In this document: in pieces, positions 36,531 through 52,023 of the stretch
Numbering within the stretch: position 1 is the stretch's first letter
Layout of the letters: the number at the start of each line of letters is the position of its first letter
DNA from: Gammaproteobacteria bacterium
Lineage (GTDB): Bacteria; Pseudomonadota; Gammaproteobacteria; GCA-2400775
Length of the DNA: 64,000 bases
Direction of reading: 5' to 3'
Assembly (NCBI GenBank): GCA_015492075.1
Contig: WGFU01000034.1
Span: 7,566-71,565 of the forward strand
Program-made: the position numbers and the translations under genes
The notes under the pieces: model-generated
Seen by the model: the letters and a program-made list of their open reading frames with translations, nothing else
Database searches by the model: none
Told to the model about the DNA's origin: nothing

Positions 36531-39239
36531 ATGGTTTCCAATTTTTTTAAAAAGATCTTTGGTAGTCGTAACGACCGCTATCTAAAACGTCTGCGCCCGG
36601 TTATTGAGCGTATTAATGCACTTGAAGCTGAAGTAGATAAATTGTCCGACCAGGAACTCATGGCGCGTACGGAAGCCTTGCGTCAGCGTGCCCGTAGTGG
36701 CGAATCCTTAAACGATCTTATTCCGGATGCGTTTGCCACAGTAAGAGAGGCCGGTAAACGGGTCCACAATATGCGCCATTTTGATGTGCAGCTTGTTGGC
36801 GGCATAGTTCTGAACCAAGGCAAGATCGCTGAAATGCGCACAGGTGAAGGCAAGACCTTGGTGGCGACCCTGGCCGCCTATCTCAATGCCTTGTCAGGAG
36901 AAGGGGTGCATGTCGTTACTGTTAACGACTACCTTGCCCGGCGTGATGCCGAATGGATGGGGCAGATCTACCGTTTTCTTGGTATGTCTGTCGGTGTCAT
37001 TTACAGTGGTCAAGACCAGGAAGAAAAACGCGCTGCCTATGCCTGCGATATTGTTTACGGCACCAATAACGAGTTTGGTTTTGATTATCTTCGCGACAAT
37101 ATGGCCTTTGCGACAGAAGACCGTGTTCAACGTAAGCTTAATTTTGCCATTATCGATGAAGTGGACTCGATTCTTATCGATGAAGCACGCACACCACTGA
37201 TTATTTCAGGCGCCGTTGAGAATAAAACCGATCTGTACACCAAAGTGGATAGCCTGGTTCCTGAGCTGACTAAGCAGGAGGAAGAGAATGGTGACGGCGA
37301 TTATAGCGTCGATGAAAAGGCGCGACAGGTCTACTTGACCGAGCAAGGCCACCAGCATGTTGAAGAGCTTTTGGAAAAAGCCGGACTGCTACAGTCGGGT
37401 GACAGCCTTTATGACGCCGCCAATATTACATTGATGCATCACATAAACTGTGCTTTGCGTGCGCACGTCTTGTTTCAAAAAGATGTTCACTATGTAGTGA
37501 ATAACAATGAGGTGGTTATTGTCGATGAGTTTACCGGCCGCACCATGCCGGGCCGGCGTTGGTCCGATGGTCTGCATCAGGCGGTTGAGGCAAAAGAAAA
37601 CGTTACCATTCAGCAGGAAAACCAGACTCTGGCATCGATCACCTTCCAGAATTTTTTCCGTTTATATGAAAAGTTAAGTGGAATGACGGGTACCGCTGAT
37701 ACCGAGGCGTTTGAGTTTCAGCAGATTTATGGTCTCGAGGTTGTGGTGATCCCACCCCATCGACCAACCGTGCGTAATGACATGGGCGACTTGATCTATC
37801 TCACGGCAAGGGAAAAATACGACGCTATTTTGGAAGATATCGCTGATTGTTATAAACGCCAGCAACCAGTGTTAGTTGGAACCGCGTCTATTGAGACATC
37901 AGAATATCTATCGGGTTTGCTAAACAAGGCCAACATCAAACATGAAGTACTTAATGCCAAGCAGCATGAGCGCGAGGCTGACATTATTGCCCAGGCGGGA
38001 AGACCGGGTGCGGTCACCATCGCCACCAATATGGCAGGTCGCGGTACTGATATCGTTTTGGGTGGCAACCTTGAGGTGGTGTTAAGCAAGCTTGACGGCG
38101 AGCAAGAATCTGCGCGTCAGGTGGCTAAAGATGAATGGCATGCCCTGCATGAGCAGGTGCTGAAATGCGGTGGTTTGCATGTTATTGGTACCGAGCGCCA
38201 TGAATCGCGTCGTATCGATAACCAGCTGCGCGGGCGCTCGGGTCGTCAGGGTGACCCTGGTTCGACGCGTTTTTATCTTTCGCTAGAAGACAATTTGATG
38301 CGGATTTTTGCCTCTGAACGCGTTGCCAGCATGATGCAAAAGTTGGGCATGCAAGAAGGTGAGGCGATAGAGCACGGCCTGGTTTCCAAAGCTATCGAGA
38401 ACGCCCAGCGCAAAGTCGAGGGCCACAACTTTGATATTCGCAAACAACTATTAGAATACGATGATGTTGCCAATGATCAGCGCAAGGTCATTTACGAGCA
38501 GCGCAATGAGTTAATGGACAGTGACGATGTGTCCGATACGATTAAAACGATTCGTGAAGACGTGATTAATGAAGTGATCAGTCGCCATTTGCCGCCTGGC
38601 AGTCTTGAAGAGCAGTGGGATATCCCGAACCTAGAAAAAGATCTTGAGCAGCAATTTGCTTTGCATGCGCCCATACGCCAGTGGCTGGATGATGATGACA
38701 GCCTGCACGAGGAAACACTGCGCCGGAAGATTGTTGATTTAGCTGTTGAAGCCTATCAGGAAAAAGAGGACTATGCTGGTTCTCATGCCATGCGCCATCT
38801 TGAAAAAGCGGTGATGCTGAAAGTGCTGGATAACTTGTGGAAGGACCATTTGGCAGCGATGGATCACCTGCGTCAAAGTATTAACCTGCGCGGTTACGCG
38901 CAAAAAAATCCGAAGCAGGAATACAAGCGTGAAGCCTTTGAAATGTTTAATAGTTTGCTTGAGCGTATTCGCCTTGAAGTGGTGACACTCATCAGCCGGG
39001 TACAGCTGCGCGACGAGGAAGACATTGAATTGATTGAGGAGCAACGTCGCCAGCAATCAGAAATGCAATATCAGCATGAAGAAAGTTCAGCTCTGCCGGA
39101 GCAAGCAGATCAGGCTCAGCCTAAGGTGGGGCATGCCAATGAAACCTTTGTCCGCAGTCAACCAAAGGTAGGCCGCAATGAACCCTGTCCTTGTGGCTCT
39201 GGTAAAAAATACAAACAGTGCCACGGCAAGTTGGCTTAA
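36531..39239 (+). CDS. secA: preprotein translocase ATPase SecA
   Basis: 902 aa. MRTGEGKTL Walker [20 protein letters not shown], and a C-terminal zinc finger [14 protein letters not shown]. Confidence 0.97.
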   Translation: MVSNFFKKIFGSRNDRYLKRLRPVIERINALEAEVDKLSDQELMARTEALRQRARSGESLNDLIPDAFATVREAGKRVHNMRHFDVQLVGGIVLNQGKIAEMRTGEGKTLVATLAAYLNALSGEGVHVVTVNDYLARRDAEWMGQIYRFLGMSVGVIYSGQDQEEKRAAYACDIVYGTNNEFGFDYLRDNMAFATEDRVQRKLNFAIIDEVDSILIDEARTPLIISGAVENKTDLYTKVDSLVPELTKQEEENGDGDYSVDEKARQVYLTEQGHQHVEELLEKAGLLQSGDSLYDAANITLMHHINCALRAHVLFQKDVHYVVNNNEVVIVDEFTGRTMPGRRWSDGLHQAVEAKENVTIQQENQTLASITFQNFFRLYEKLSGMTGTADTEAFEFQQIYGLEVVVIPPHRPTVRNDMGDLIYLTAREKYDAILEDIADCYKRQQPVLVGTASIETSEYLSGLLNKANIKHEVLNAKQHEREADIIAQAGRPGAVTIATNMAGRGTDIVLGGNLEVVLSKLDGEQESARQVAKDEWHALHEQVLKCGGLHVIGTERHESRRIDNQLRGRSGRQGDPGSTRFYLSLEDNLMRIFASERVASMMQKLGMQEGEAIEHGLVSKAIENAQRKVEGHNFDIRKQLLEYDDVANDQRKVIYEQRNELMDSDDVSDTIKTIREDVINEVISRHLPPGSLEEQWDIPNLEKDLEQQFALHAPIRQWLDDDDSLHEETLRRKIVDLAVEAYQEKEDYAGSHAMRHLEKAVMLKVLDNLWKDHLAAMDHLRQSINLRGYAQKNPKQEYKREAFEMFNSLLERIRLEVVTLISRVQLRDEEDIELIEEQRRQQSEMQYQHEESSALPEQADQAQPKVGHANETFVRSQPKVGRNEPCPCGSGKKYKQCHGKLA

Positions 39240-39251
39240 GCTATTGACACA

Positions 39252-40481
39252 GTGAGCGATATTTCTTATTTATCAATGCATGTAGAGCAACACGCTAAAC
39301 CTATTAAGGGCATACGTTTGGCCACCGCATGCGCCGGCATCAAGCAAAGCGAGCGTGATGATGTCACCCTTATTGAATTGAATGAGGGTGCGCACTGTGC
39401 GGCTGTGTTTACACAAAATCGTTTTTGCGCTGCGCCTGTGATCATCGCCAGGCGGCATCTGCAACAGAGTAGCCCCCGTTATCTGTTAATTAACAGTGGC
39501 AACGCCAATGCTGGAATGGGCGCCATCGGGCTTGAGGATGCAGAAGCGAGTTGTGTAGAGCTGGCGTCGCGAACAGGGCTTGATAAGTCGACGGTCTTGC
39601 CGTTCTCGACAGGTGTGATTGGTGAGCGTCTGGCGGTAAGCAAGGTGACCGCTGTGATGGATCAATTGCTTGCAGGGCTTAGCGCAGACCATTGGCCTGC
39701 CGCCGCGACGGCCATTATGACGACGGACACAGTGGAGAAAGTGGCTTCGGTACAGCGGACGTACGCCGGTTGCACCGTGACCGTGACCGGTATGGCCAAA
39801 GGTTCTGGCATGATTCATCCGAATATGGCAACGATGCTGGCGTATATTGCTACCGATGCCAATGTCGAGGATGATGTTCTTGCGCATTGTTTAAAATATG
39901 CTGTCGATCGCTCGTTTAATCGCATTACTGTCGATGGTGATACTTCGACCAATGATGCCTGCGTGCTGATGGCAAGTGGCCAGGGCGAGCTGCTTGTTGA
40001 GGGTACGGATAATGCGGCGTATCAGGTGCTTAGTGATGCGGTCAGCGCAGTATGTCGCCAGCTCGCTTTAGCGGTTGTCGCTGATGGTGAGGGTGCCACA
40101 CACCTTGTGCATATCGACGTTAGCGGTGGCCAATCGCTGGCGGAGTGTCGCTGCGTTGCCGATGCGGTAGCTTTATCGCCCCTGGTGAAAACCGCATTGT
40201 TTGCCGAGGATCCGAACTGGGGCAGAATACTGGCTGCGGTCGGCCGGGCAGGGATTGATGATCTTGATGTGGATGGAGTGACCCTGCATCTTGACCAGGT
40301 TTTGATTGCAGAACGTGGTGCGCGTGCCGCTAATTATAGCGAACAGGCGGCAACGCAAGTCATGCAGCAAAAGGAATATTGTCTGCGAATTGGATTGGGT
40401 CGTGGTGCAGAGGAAGTACGAATTTCGACATGCGATTTATCTTATGACTATGTGCGTATCAACGCAGAATATCGTAGTTAG
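39252..40481 (+). CDS. argJ: bifunctional glutamate N-acetyltransferase / amino-acid acetyltransferase
   Basis: 409 aa. The autoprocessing site is in context (HPNMATMLAYIATDA). Confidence 0.9.
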   Translation: MSDISYLSMHVEQHAKPIKGIRLATACAGIKQSERDDVTLIELNEGAHCAAVFTQNRFCAAPVIIARRHLQQSSPRYLLINSGNANAGMGAIGLEDAEASCVELASRTGLDKSTVLPFSTGVIGERLAVSKVTAVMDQLLAGLSADHWPAAATAIMTTDTVEKVASVQRTYAGCTVTVTGMAKGSGMIHPNMATMLAYIATDANVEDDVLAHCLKYAVDRSFNRITVDGDTSTNDACVLMASGQGELLVEGTDNAAYQVLSDAVSAVCRQLALAVVADGEGATHLVHIDVSGGQSLAECRCVADAVALSPLVKTALFAEDPNWGRILAAVGRAGIDDLDVDGVTLHLDQVLIAERGARAANYSEQAATQVMQQKEYCLRIGLGRGAEEVRISTCDLSYDYVRINAEYRS

Positions 40482-40530
40482 TTGCGCTAAAGTCCGGTAT
40501 CATCTGGCGAGTCAGCTTGGAGAATAACAT

Positions 40531-41745
40531 ATGACATTGAATAGTATATTGAATTTTCTGGACGGTGGTTTGTTGCAACCATCCGTCTGGGGTTATATTG
40601 GTTGGACATTATTGCTAACCCATATCACCATTATCAGCGTTACCGTTTACCTGCATCGTTGTCAGGCGCACCGCGCGCTAGACTTGCATCCTGTTGTCAG
40701 CCATTTTTTTCGCTTGTGGTTATGGTTAACCACCGGTATGCGCACCAAGGAATGGACTGCCATTCATCGCAAGCATCATGCTAAATGTGAGACAGAAGGG
40801 GATCCGCATAGCCCAGTAGTGTTGGGTATTGATACAGTGCTGTGGCGTGGTGCCGAGCTTTACCAGAAAGAAGCCGACAATGCCGAGACACTGGAGAGAT
40901 ATGGTAAAGGCACGCCGGACGACTGGATGGAGCGTTATATCTATGCGCGTTCAAAAAACTGGGGTATCTCGTTACTATTCGTGCTTGACATCCTTTTCTT
41001 TGGTGTCGCCGGCATTGCTGTATGGGCTATACAGATGGTGTGGATTCCATTTTTTGCGGCGGGTGTGATTAATGGCCTAGGCCACTGGTGGGGTTATCGC
41101 AGCTATGAGTGTGATGATGCTGCCACCAACATTTCACCCATTGGTATATTGATTGGTGGTGAGGAGCTGCATAATAATCATCACGCCTTTGCCAGTTCTG
41201 CCAAGTTATCGTCAAAATGGTATGAGTTTGATATTGGCTGGATGTATATCTGTTTGTTGGAGATGTTTTGCTTGGCCAAAGTGAAAAAACTGCCTCCTGA
41301 ATTAGCCATTAATCGCGGAAAAATAGCACTCGATACCGACACGGTGATAGCTATGGTAGGCAATCGCCTGCAGGTGATGTCGCATTATTGCCAGGATGTA
41401 TTGAAACGTGTCCATCGCGATGAAGTGGGTAAGGCCGACGCTGTAGTGCGGGAAGACTTGCATCGCAGCTTGCCATTACTGATTCGCGAAGAGAGCCTGA
41501 TGGATGGTTCGAGCAAAGAGCGCCTGGAGAGCGTGCTCGACAGTAACCAAACCTTAACGACAGTGTATACTTTTAAACAGAAATTGCAGGAAATCATGCG
41601 CCGTTCGGCGGTTACTCACGAGCACCTGCTTGAGGCAGTACAGGAATGGTGTCACCAGGCCGAGGCGACAGGGATCAAGGCGCTGGAAGAGTTTGCCCAG
41701 GCAATACGTGGCTACTCCATGGGCTGTGGTCCGACGCCGGCTTGA
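40531..41745 (+). CDS. membrane fatty-acid (acyl-lipid/acyl-CoA) desaturase
   Basis: 404 aa. Three His boxes (HRCQAH, HRKHH, HNNHH) and N-terminal TMs. Confidence 0.8.
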   Translation: MTLNSILNFLDGGLLQPSVWGYIGWTLLLTHITIISVTVYLHRCQAHRALDLHPVVSHFFRLWLWLTTGMRTKEWTAIHRKHHAKCETEGDPHSPVVLGIDTVLWRGAELYQKEADNAETLERYGKGTPDDWMERYIYARSKNWGISLLFVLDILFFGVAGIAVWAIQMVWIPFFAAGVINGLGHWWGYRSYECDDAATNISPIGILIGGEELHNNHHAFASSAKLSSKWYEFDIGWMYICLLEMFCLAKVKKLPPELAINRGKIALDTDTVIAMVGNRLQVMSHYCQDVLKRVHRDEVGKADAVVREDLHRSLPLLIREESLMDGSSKERLESVLDSNQTLTTVYTFKQKLQEIMRRSAVTHEHLLEAVQEWCHQAEATGIKALEEFAQAIRGYSMGCGPTPA

Positions 41746-41787
41746 TGCCGAATCGCTGAGATATTGCCCTGGTGAAAAACCAGGACA

Positions 41788-41819
41788 ATAAAAAACCCCG
41801 CCTAGGCGGGGTTTTTTAT
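41788..41819. terminator. bidirectional rho-independent terminator (desaturase / rpmG)
   Basis: A-run, then CCCCGC-CTAG-GCGGGG, then T-run: AATAAAAAACCCCGCCTAGGCGGGGTTTTTTATT. Confidence 0.85.
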
Positions 41820-41837
41820 TGTCGGTCAAGTGGCCAA

Positions 41838-41993
41838 CTATTTGATTTTGCCTTCTTTATAGAGCACGTGCTTGCGAACCACGGGATCGTACTTCTTGAT
41901 TTCCATCTTGTCCGGTGTATTGCGCTTGTTTTTTACCGTCGTATAGAAGTGACCGGTACCAGCGGAAGAATTAAGTCTGATTTTTTCGTACAT
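41838..41993 (-). CDS. rpmG: 50S ribosomal protein L33
   Basis: Not in the ORF track (51 aa). [51 protein letters not shown] aligns with E. coli and Pseudomonas L33. Confidence 0.9.
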   Translation of the reverse strand: MYEKIRLNSSAGTGHFYTTVKNKRNTPDKMEIKKYDPVVRKHVLYKEGKIK

Positions 41994-42011
41994 GATGATC
42001 TTCGCCCCTGA

Positions 42012-42248
42012 TTAAACACGTTCGCCACGTTTGCGCATATCGGCAACGACCTGGTCGATACCCACTTTGTCTATGATACGCATGCCTTTTGCTGACAGGC
42101 GAATGCGCACCCAGCGTCTTTCAGACTCGAGCCAAAAACGACGTGAGAGAAGATTCGGTAAAAAACGACGACGCGTTTTGTTGTTTGCGTGTGAAACATT
42201 GTTTCCCGCCATCGGCCGTTTTCCGGTGACTTGGCATACCCTAGACAT
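42012..42248 (-). CDS. rpmB: 50S ribosomal protein L28
   Basis: 78 aa. [33 protein letters not shown] is canonical. Confidence 0.95.
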   Translation of the reverse strand: MSRVCQVTGKRPMAGNNVSHANNKTRRRFLPNLLSRRFWLESERRWVRIRLSAKGMRIIDKVGIDQVVADMRKRGERV

Positions 42249-42367
42249 TGTCTTTTAACTCCAACCTGCGTTTGCACGACGCACACAATGAACGCATGCG
42301 CAATAAACCAAAGCCCGCCTTTATACCAGAATCACTGTCAATGAACAAGGTATGCTTTTAAATTCAT

Positions 42368-43042
42368 CTACATTAACCCGCGTTCTGCCACGGATACGGT
42401 GTGGCCGGCGCCGACAATTATATGGTCGAGAACACGTATGTCAACCAGCTTCAACGCGTCCTTGAGGCGCCGTGTGAGCGCGATATCAGCCTGGCTTGGT
42501 TCGGCATCACCTGAAGGGTGGTTGTGGGCGAAGACAAGCGCTGAGGCATTGTGTCGGAGTGCTTGCTTGACAATTTCCCGCGGGTAGACTGAAGCCTGAT
42601 CAATGGTGCCATGAAACAGCTTCTCAAACCGAATAAGGTGGTGGCGATTGTCGAGAAACATGCAGGCAAAAACCTCGTGCGGATAATGACGTAACTGACT
42701 CGCGAGATAGCGCCGGGTACGATCTGGGTTGAGCATGACCTCATGGCTGCTGAGTTCTTCGGATAGATAACGCTTGCCCAATTCCAGCGCCGCTTGCAGT
42801 TGCACATAAGTGACGTGGCCAACACCGCGGTGCTGGCAAAGATGCCCGCAATCTGCCCCAAGCAAGGGTGATAAACCGCCAAACTCATCGAGCATCGAGC
42901 GTCCCAGCTCAATGGCATTTTGACCAACCGTGCCGGAGCGCAGAAATATTGCCAGCAGCTCTGAATTGGACAGGGTGCTGGCACCGTGGTTAAGCAGTTT
43001 TTCACGTGGCCGCTCGTCTTGCGGCCATTGATGTATTGCCAT
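42368..43042 (-). CDS. radC: RadC-family JAB/MPN domain protein
   Basis: 224 aa. HNHPSGDAEPSQADIALTRRL is the JAMM motif. Confidence 0.85.
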   Translation of the reverse strand: MAIHQWPQDERPREKLLNHGASTLSNSELLAIFLRSGTVGQNAIELGRSMLDEFGGLSPLLGADCGHLCQHRGVGHVTYVQLQAALELGKRYLSEELSSHEVMLNPDRTRRYLASQLRHYPHEVFACMFLDNRHHLIRFEKLFHGTIDQASVYPREIVKQALRHNASALVFAHNHPSGDAEPSQADIALTRRLKDALKLVDIRVLDHIIVGAGHTVSVAERGLM

Positions 43043-43144
43043 GATCCCTCCTTGGGGTGTTAATCAATCCATTGATTTTGTCGCGTTTAATGTTACCTTA
43101 AAGCGCTTTATTATGCCGTGGCCCAGAGTTAAAACTAATACACT

Positions 43145-44344
43145 ATGATAAAACTAGCTAATAAACGCGTACTGTTGGGCGTCAGTGGCAGTATCGCTGC
43201 CTACAAAAGCGCCGAGTTGGTGCGTTTACTGCGCCAGCAAGGCGCTGAAGTCCGCGTCGTTATGACCGCAACCGCCACCGAGTTCGTTCAGCCACTGACC
43301 TTCCAGGCATTGTCAGGCAATATGGTTTACAGCGCCTGGGATGATGCCGATCGGGGCGACGGTATGGGCCACATCGAATTGGCGCGCTGGGCCGATGCCA
43401 TTATCATTGCACCTGCCAGTGCTGATTTGTTGGCACGTTTACGCCAGGGTATGGCGAATGATTTATTAACCACATTATGTCTTGCCAGCGATAGGATGAT
43501 TGCCGTTGCTCCTGCTATGAATCGCTTGATGTGGGAAAATGCGGCGACCCAGGATAATATGGCCGTTTTGAAGCAGCGCGGTATCCATGTTCTGGGGCCA
43601 GGTACTGGCGGCCAAGCCTGTGGTGAGATTGGCCTGGGCCGAATGTTAGAGCCGGATCAGCTGGTACAGGATATTTCAGCTTTATTTGGTAGCGGTATAC
43701 TGAGCGGAGCCAGATTATTGCTGACGGCGGGCCCGACACGCGAACCCATCGATGCCATGCGTTTTCTCAGTAACCGTAGTTCCGGAAAAATGGGTTATGC
43801 CTTGGCACAAGCAGCTATTGAAGCGGGGGCTGATGTCACCCTGATCAGCGGCCCGGTGGCGTTGACGGCGCCGGCACGGGCAAAACGACGAGATGTTAAC
43901 AGCGCCAACGAGATGTACGAAGCCGTCATGGCAGAGGTGCCGACCCATGACATTTTTATTAGCGCTGCTGCGGTTGCCGATTATCGCCCGCTTGAGTTTT
44001 CCAAAGAAAAAGTCAAGCGTAAAGCCAATACGATTGATTTAGCGCTGACGCAGAATCGTGACATTGTGGCCAGTGTTGCGGCCTTACCAAACAAACCGTT
44101 TGTGGTCGGTTTTGCCGCTGAGACCAGCGATGTCGAGAGACATGCGCGTGGCAAGCTGCAGCGCAAAGGACTTGATATGATTGCCGCCAACCAGGTGGGT
44201 GATGGCCAAGGAGCGGAAGTCGATGACAATGCGATGACGCTTTATTGGGTCGAAGGTAGTCATCACCTGGAAAAAACGACGAAACACAAGCTGGCGCGCC
44301 AAATGATTGCCATCATCGGAGAGCACTATCATGCAGCAACTTGA
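43145..44344 (+). CDS. coaBC: bifunctional phosphopantothenoylcysteine decarboxylase / phosphopantothenate--cysteine ligase
   Basis: 399 aa. [20 protein letters not shown] flavoprotein N-terminus plus CoaB half. Confidence 0.95.
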   Translation: MIKLANKRVLLGVSGSIAAYKSAELVRLLRQQGAEVRVVMTATATEFVQPLTFQALSGNMVYSAWDDADRGDGMGHIELARWADAIIIAPASADLLARLRQGMANDLLTTLCLASDRMIAVAPAMNRLMWENAATQDNMAVLKQRGIHVLGPGTGGQACGEIGLGRMLEPDQLVQDISALFGSGILSGARLLLTAGPTREPIDAMRFLSNRSSGKMGYALAQAAIEAGADVTLISGPVALTAPARAKRRDVNSANEMYEAVMAEVPTHDIFISAAAVADYRPLEFSKEKVKRKANTIDLALTQNRDIVASVAALPNKPFVVGFAAETSDVERHARGKLQRKGLDMIAANQVGDGQGAEVDDNAMTLYWVEGSHHLEKTTKHKLARQMIAIIGEHYHAAT

Positions 44345-44786
44345 GCTGAAAATACTGGATAAACGGGTAGGGAACGAGTTTCCCTTGCCGGCTTATGCCA
44401 CTGATGGTGCGGCCGGTCTTGATTTGCGCGCCATGCTCGATAAAACGACGATTATAGGCCCCGGTGAGACACTGTTAATTCCGACGGGCATTGCCATTCA
44501 TATTGGCGACCCCGCCTATGCCGCGGTGATATTGCCGCGTTCTGGGCTCGGTCATAAACACGGTATTGTGCTGGGTAATTTGGTTGGGCTGATCGATTCG
44601 GATTATCAGGGTGGCTTGTTTGTTTCGTGTTGGAACCGCAGTGATTCAGCGTTCAGTATCGAGGTCGGCGAGCGTATCGCACAACTGGTGGTCATTCCGG
44701 TGGCGCAGGTGCAGTTTGCTGTCGTCGATGAATTTGAGGCAAGCAATCGTGCTGATAGAGGCTTTGGTCATTCTGGTCGTCTATAG
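44331..44786 (+). CDS. dut: dUTP diphosphatase
   Basis: ATG 44331. 151 aa. …GAAGLDLRA…[25 protein letters not shown]…. Confidence 0.95.
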   Translation: MQQLELKILDKRVGNEFPLPAYATDGAAGLDLRAMLDKTTIIGPGETLLIPTGIAIHIGDPAYAAVILPRSGLGHKHGIVLGNLVGLIDSDYQGGLFVSCWNRSDSAFSIEVGERIAQLVVIPVAQVQFAVVDEFEASNRADRGFGHSGRL

Positions 44787-44849
44787 GCTGATTCATTAGG
44801 AAATCCTAAATATTAGGGTTGGCGCGCAGCGGTCGATACAATAAAGATA

Positions 44850-48992
<4,143 letters not shown>

Positions 48993-49043
48993 ATTACATC
49001 TATATTAGCGAATCACACATCGACAATCGAGTGAGAGGCCATT

Positions 49044-49799
49044 TTGGACTGGTTGAGCCAGTTGATACTGTTAATTATTTCGCTACTTGCCAATGTCTTC
49101 TCCGCATTTGTCGGTGGCGGTGCTGGCCTGATCCAGCTGCCAGCACTTATTTTCCTTGGTCTTACCTTTAGTGTCGCATTAGCGACACATAAAATTGCCA
49201 GCGTAGCATTAGGTGTCGGCGCTACAATCCGTCACTTAAGAGATAACGCGCTGGAACGGCCATTTGCACTGTTTATTTTGGCGACTGGCCTGCCCGGCGT
49301 CCTGGTTGGCGCCATGGTTATCCTCAATGTGCCGGATCAGCTGGCTCGTGTGGCATTAGGTATTTTGACCATCAGTTTAGCGGTTTATTCCTTTCTCAGG
49401 CCTGAATTAGGCCAAGTCGGCGTAGCAATACACCGGGATATGCGCGGTATGGCGCTCGGCGGTACCGTATTGGCGGTGATCGGTGTATTGAATGGCTCAT
49501 TGACATCCGGCACAGGACTCTTTGTCACCCTTTGGCTGGTCACGTGGTTTGGGCTCGATTACAAAGCTGCTGTAGCCTATACCTTGGTTTTGGTCGGTGT
49601 ATTTTGGAACGGGACTGGGGCGATCGTATTGGGCATACTTGGCAATATCGAATGGTCGTGGTTACCTGCCTTGATTATCGGTTCCTTAGTGGGCGGCTAT
49701 CTCGGCGCGCATTTATCCATTATTAAAGGTAATCAGCTCATTAAACGTGGCTTTGAGCTGGTGACTTTGCTGATAGGCCTGAAACTGATTTTGTCCTGA
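49044..49799 (+). CDS. TauE/SafE family sulfite/anion exporter
   Basis: 251 aa, TTG start, 7-8 TM. FVGGGAGLIQLPALIFLG and a C-terminal repeat are typical of DUF81/TauE. Confidence 0.75.
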   Translation: MDWLSQLILLIISLLANVFSAFVGGGAGLIQLPALIFLGLTFSVALATHKIASVALGVGATIRHLRDNALERPFALFILATGLPGVLVGAMVILNVPDQLARVALGILTISLAVYSFLRPELGQVGVAIHRDMRGMALGGTVLAVIGVLNGSLTSGTGLFVTLWLVTWFGLDYKAAVAYTLVLVGVFWNGTGAIVLGILGNIEWSWLPALIIGSLVGGYLGAHLSIIKGNQLIKRGFELVTLLIGLKLILS

Positions 49800-50135
49800 T
49801 ACAAGTTATATCGTGGCAAAATAATTCCTGTCGTCAGAGTACATTTATCAGCTTGCCAAAACCCAAATCCGAGCGCCGGTTTGAGAGCCTCATTAATGTG
49901 ACCTTTCACCCTTCTTTTCTACAGAAAAAGTGAGTGGAAACTCTAGCAAATGGGCTGCAAACATAATTAATACAATTATTTGTAGTAGTTCAGACTTAAT
50001 CTGACATCTTACTTGAAAAAGTGAGGGTTACCGGTTTTGGTGGAAGTGTGAACTTTTACTATGTAAGTGCGAATATTAAGCGTGAGCAAAATGGTGTCGC
50101 TGTACAATTTTCCGGCAGAGTGGCCAAAGGGCCTC

Positions 50136-51257
50136 CTAGGCAGATGTGGACACAAATGATCCGCGTTGCCGGGAAAACTGAATGGTAAGGAAGCGTACGC
50201 CGATCTTGGAAAAGGGACCGATTGCCTTGCAATACTTTAGCTCGGCGACGGCCTTGAATTCCTCAGCATCAATTTTTATGGTTTGGCCGATGGCTAAAGG
50301 TCGTTTGTTGATAAAACTCAAACCTGTTGGGGAGAGATCAGACAGCGAGACGCGGCTTGGTATGCTTGGCCAAGAGCTATAGATCAGTGCCGGCTTTTGT
50401 GTTTTTGCTCGGGCGACGCTGCGTCTTGGCAGCTTGGCAGAGCGCTCTATAGATAATGGTAATGGGCTGTTGCATTCATCACAATACTCATGTCGATGCG
50501 CGTAATCGTTGTGAGAATAAGAGGATTGGCAAAACAAGCAGCGTTGATTATCGTACTTATACTGATTATTTATTGTGGAGGTCTGAGGGTTTTCGGCTTG
50601 CCAGAAGGTGCTGTCATAAGGCGTATCTTGCTTTCGCTGTTGCTGTGATGTGCCAGTGTGAGTGAATGAGCTTTTTTCTTTTTGCCCGGGACGGGATTTT
50701 CGCTGCGTAGCCGCTGCTGGTTTGGCATATGGATCTTGCTCGGGTTTCTCCCGTGTATTTGTAGCATTGACCTTGTGCCCGAGCATTTTAAGCTGTTGAT
50801 CGTAGCGCCGTCGCCTCACTGCACTGTGCAGTGTTTTCCATGCCTCATCGAGTAGCCTGCGATCGGCGTCTGGGTTGCGTTTTAGTAACTTATAGCTTGC
50901 TTCAATTACCGCCAGTTCGGCATCAGGTTGTATCTGGAGTAGCTGGTAATAGTTGCGTTGATTGCCGGCAGGCGCGCTTATGGTGCGAAAGGTTTTGGGA
51001 GCTGGGCCGAGGTTGCCGCGAGATAAAGTCTCAATGTTATGGCGTTGAAACAGTTCTTGGTCGTAGCGGGCACGTTTTATCGAATCACGTAGGACAGCAT
51101 AGGCTATATTGATATGGCGCGCATCCCATTCATCGCCACCCAGATCGGGGTGGTGCTGTAATTTTTGCATCAGAGTGCGATAGCAGCACTTGATCATCTC
51201 AAGCGAGGCGTCGGGTTGCACTCGGAGCAAGCGGTAATAATTACGACGACTTTTCAT
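50136..51257 (-). CDS. J-domain / degenerate J-like repeat / zinc-ribbon / PilZ fusion protein
   Basis: 373 aa. J domain with HPD (NYYRLLRV…QHHPDLGG…RARYDQEL), a second repeat without HPD, a Q/K/T-rich linker, CLFC-x15-CDEC, then PilZ with RRSVAR (RxxxR) and DLSPTG (DxSxxG). Confidence 0.7.
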   Translation of the reverse strand: MKSRRNYYRLLRVQPDASLEMIKCCYRTLMQKLQHHPDLGGDEWDARHINIAYAVLRDSIKRARYDQELFQRHNIETLSRGNLGPAPKTFRTISAPAGNQRNYYQLLQIQPDAELAVIEASYKLLKRNPDADRRLLDEAWKTLHSAVRRRRYDQQLKMLGHKVNATNTREKPEQDPYAKPAAATQRKSRPGQKEKSSFTHTGTSQQQRKQDTPYDSTFWQAENPQTSTINNQYKYDNQRCLFCQSSYSHNDYAHRHEYCDECNSPLPLSIERSAKLPRRSVARAKTQKPALIYSSWPSIPSRVSLSDLSPTGLSFINKRPLAIGQTIKIDAEEFKAVAELKYCKAIGPFSKIGVRFLTIQFSRQRGSFVSTSA

Positions 51258-51371
51258 GAATCCGTTTAAACGATGGTTTTAATCGCTAACGGCTTGTGGC
51301 GCGTAAAGTTGAGGTGCTATGTTCTACTGAGCGTCGAATGTCGATGTATGTTAGGTGACTGGCAAGCCGTT

Positions 51372-52016
51372 TTAGTTGCAGCCCCACTGTTTCCGGTATT
51401 GCTCGATGTCACTTAATGCTTCACCCATGTCGCCGCGATCGCTCAGGTAGGCAATCAAGTTGTCTAAAGTGACGATATGATCGACGGGGATGCCATGGCG
51501 TTGCTCTACCGTAGCAATGGCTGATAGTTGATCTTTGCCGCGTTCCTGGCGGTCTAGGGCGATAAAGACGCCAGCAGCTGTTGCGTTGGCGGCATCAATA
51601 ATCTCGATTGATTCGCCGACAGAGGTGCCAGCAGAAATGACATCATCGATGATTAGGATTTTGCCCTCTAATTTGGCGCCGACGATGATGCCACCTTCGC
51701 CATGGTCTTTCGTTTCTTTGCGATTGAAAGCGAAGGGAACATTACGGTCATGGTGTTCAGCCAAAGCTGTGGCGCAGCTAACCGCAAGCGGGATGCCTTT
51801 GTAGGCAGGGCCAAATAACATATCGAATTCAATGCCGGAGTCAATGATGGCAGCAGCATAGGCTTGGCCTAGTTTTGCGATGCCGCGACCATCGTTAAAC
51901 AAACCGGTATTAAAAAAGTAAGGGCTTTGCCGACCTGACTTTAAGGTGAAATCACCAAAGCAAAGCGCACCTTGGTCAAGAGCGAATTCGATGAAGTGCT
52001 TTTGATAGTCTTGCAT
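51372..52016 (-). CDS. pyrE: orotate phosphoribosyltransferase
   Basis: ATG 52016 gives [36 protein letters not shown]. 214 aa. PRPP motif [13 protein letters not shown]. Confidence 0.95.
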   Translation of the reverse strand: MQDYQKHFIEFALDQGALCFGDFTLKSGRQSPYFFNTGLFNDGRGIAKLGQAYAAAIIDSGIEFDMLFGPAYKGIPLAVSCATALAEHHDRNVPFAFNRKETKDHGEGGIIVGAKLEGKILIIDDVISAGTSVGESIEIIDAANATAAGVFIALDRQERGKDQLSAIATVEQRHGIPVDHIVTLDNLIAYLSDRGDMGEALSDIEQYRKQWGCN

Positions 52017-52023
52017 GGTTGTC

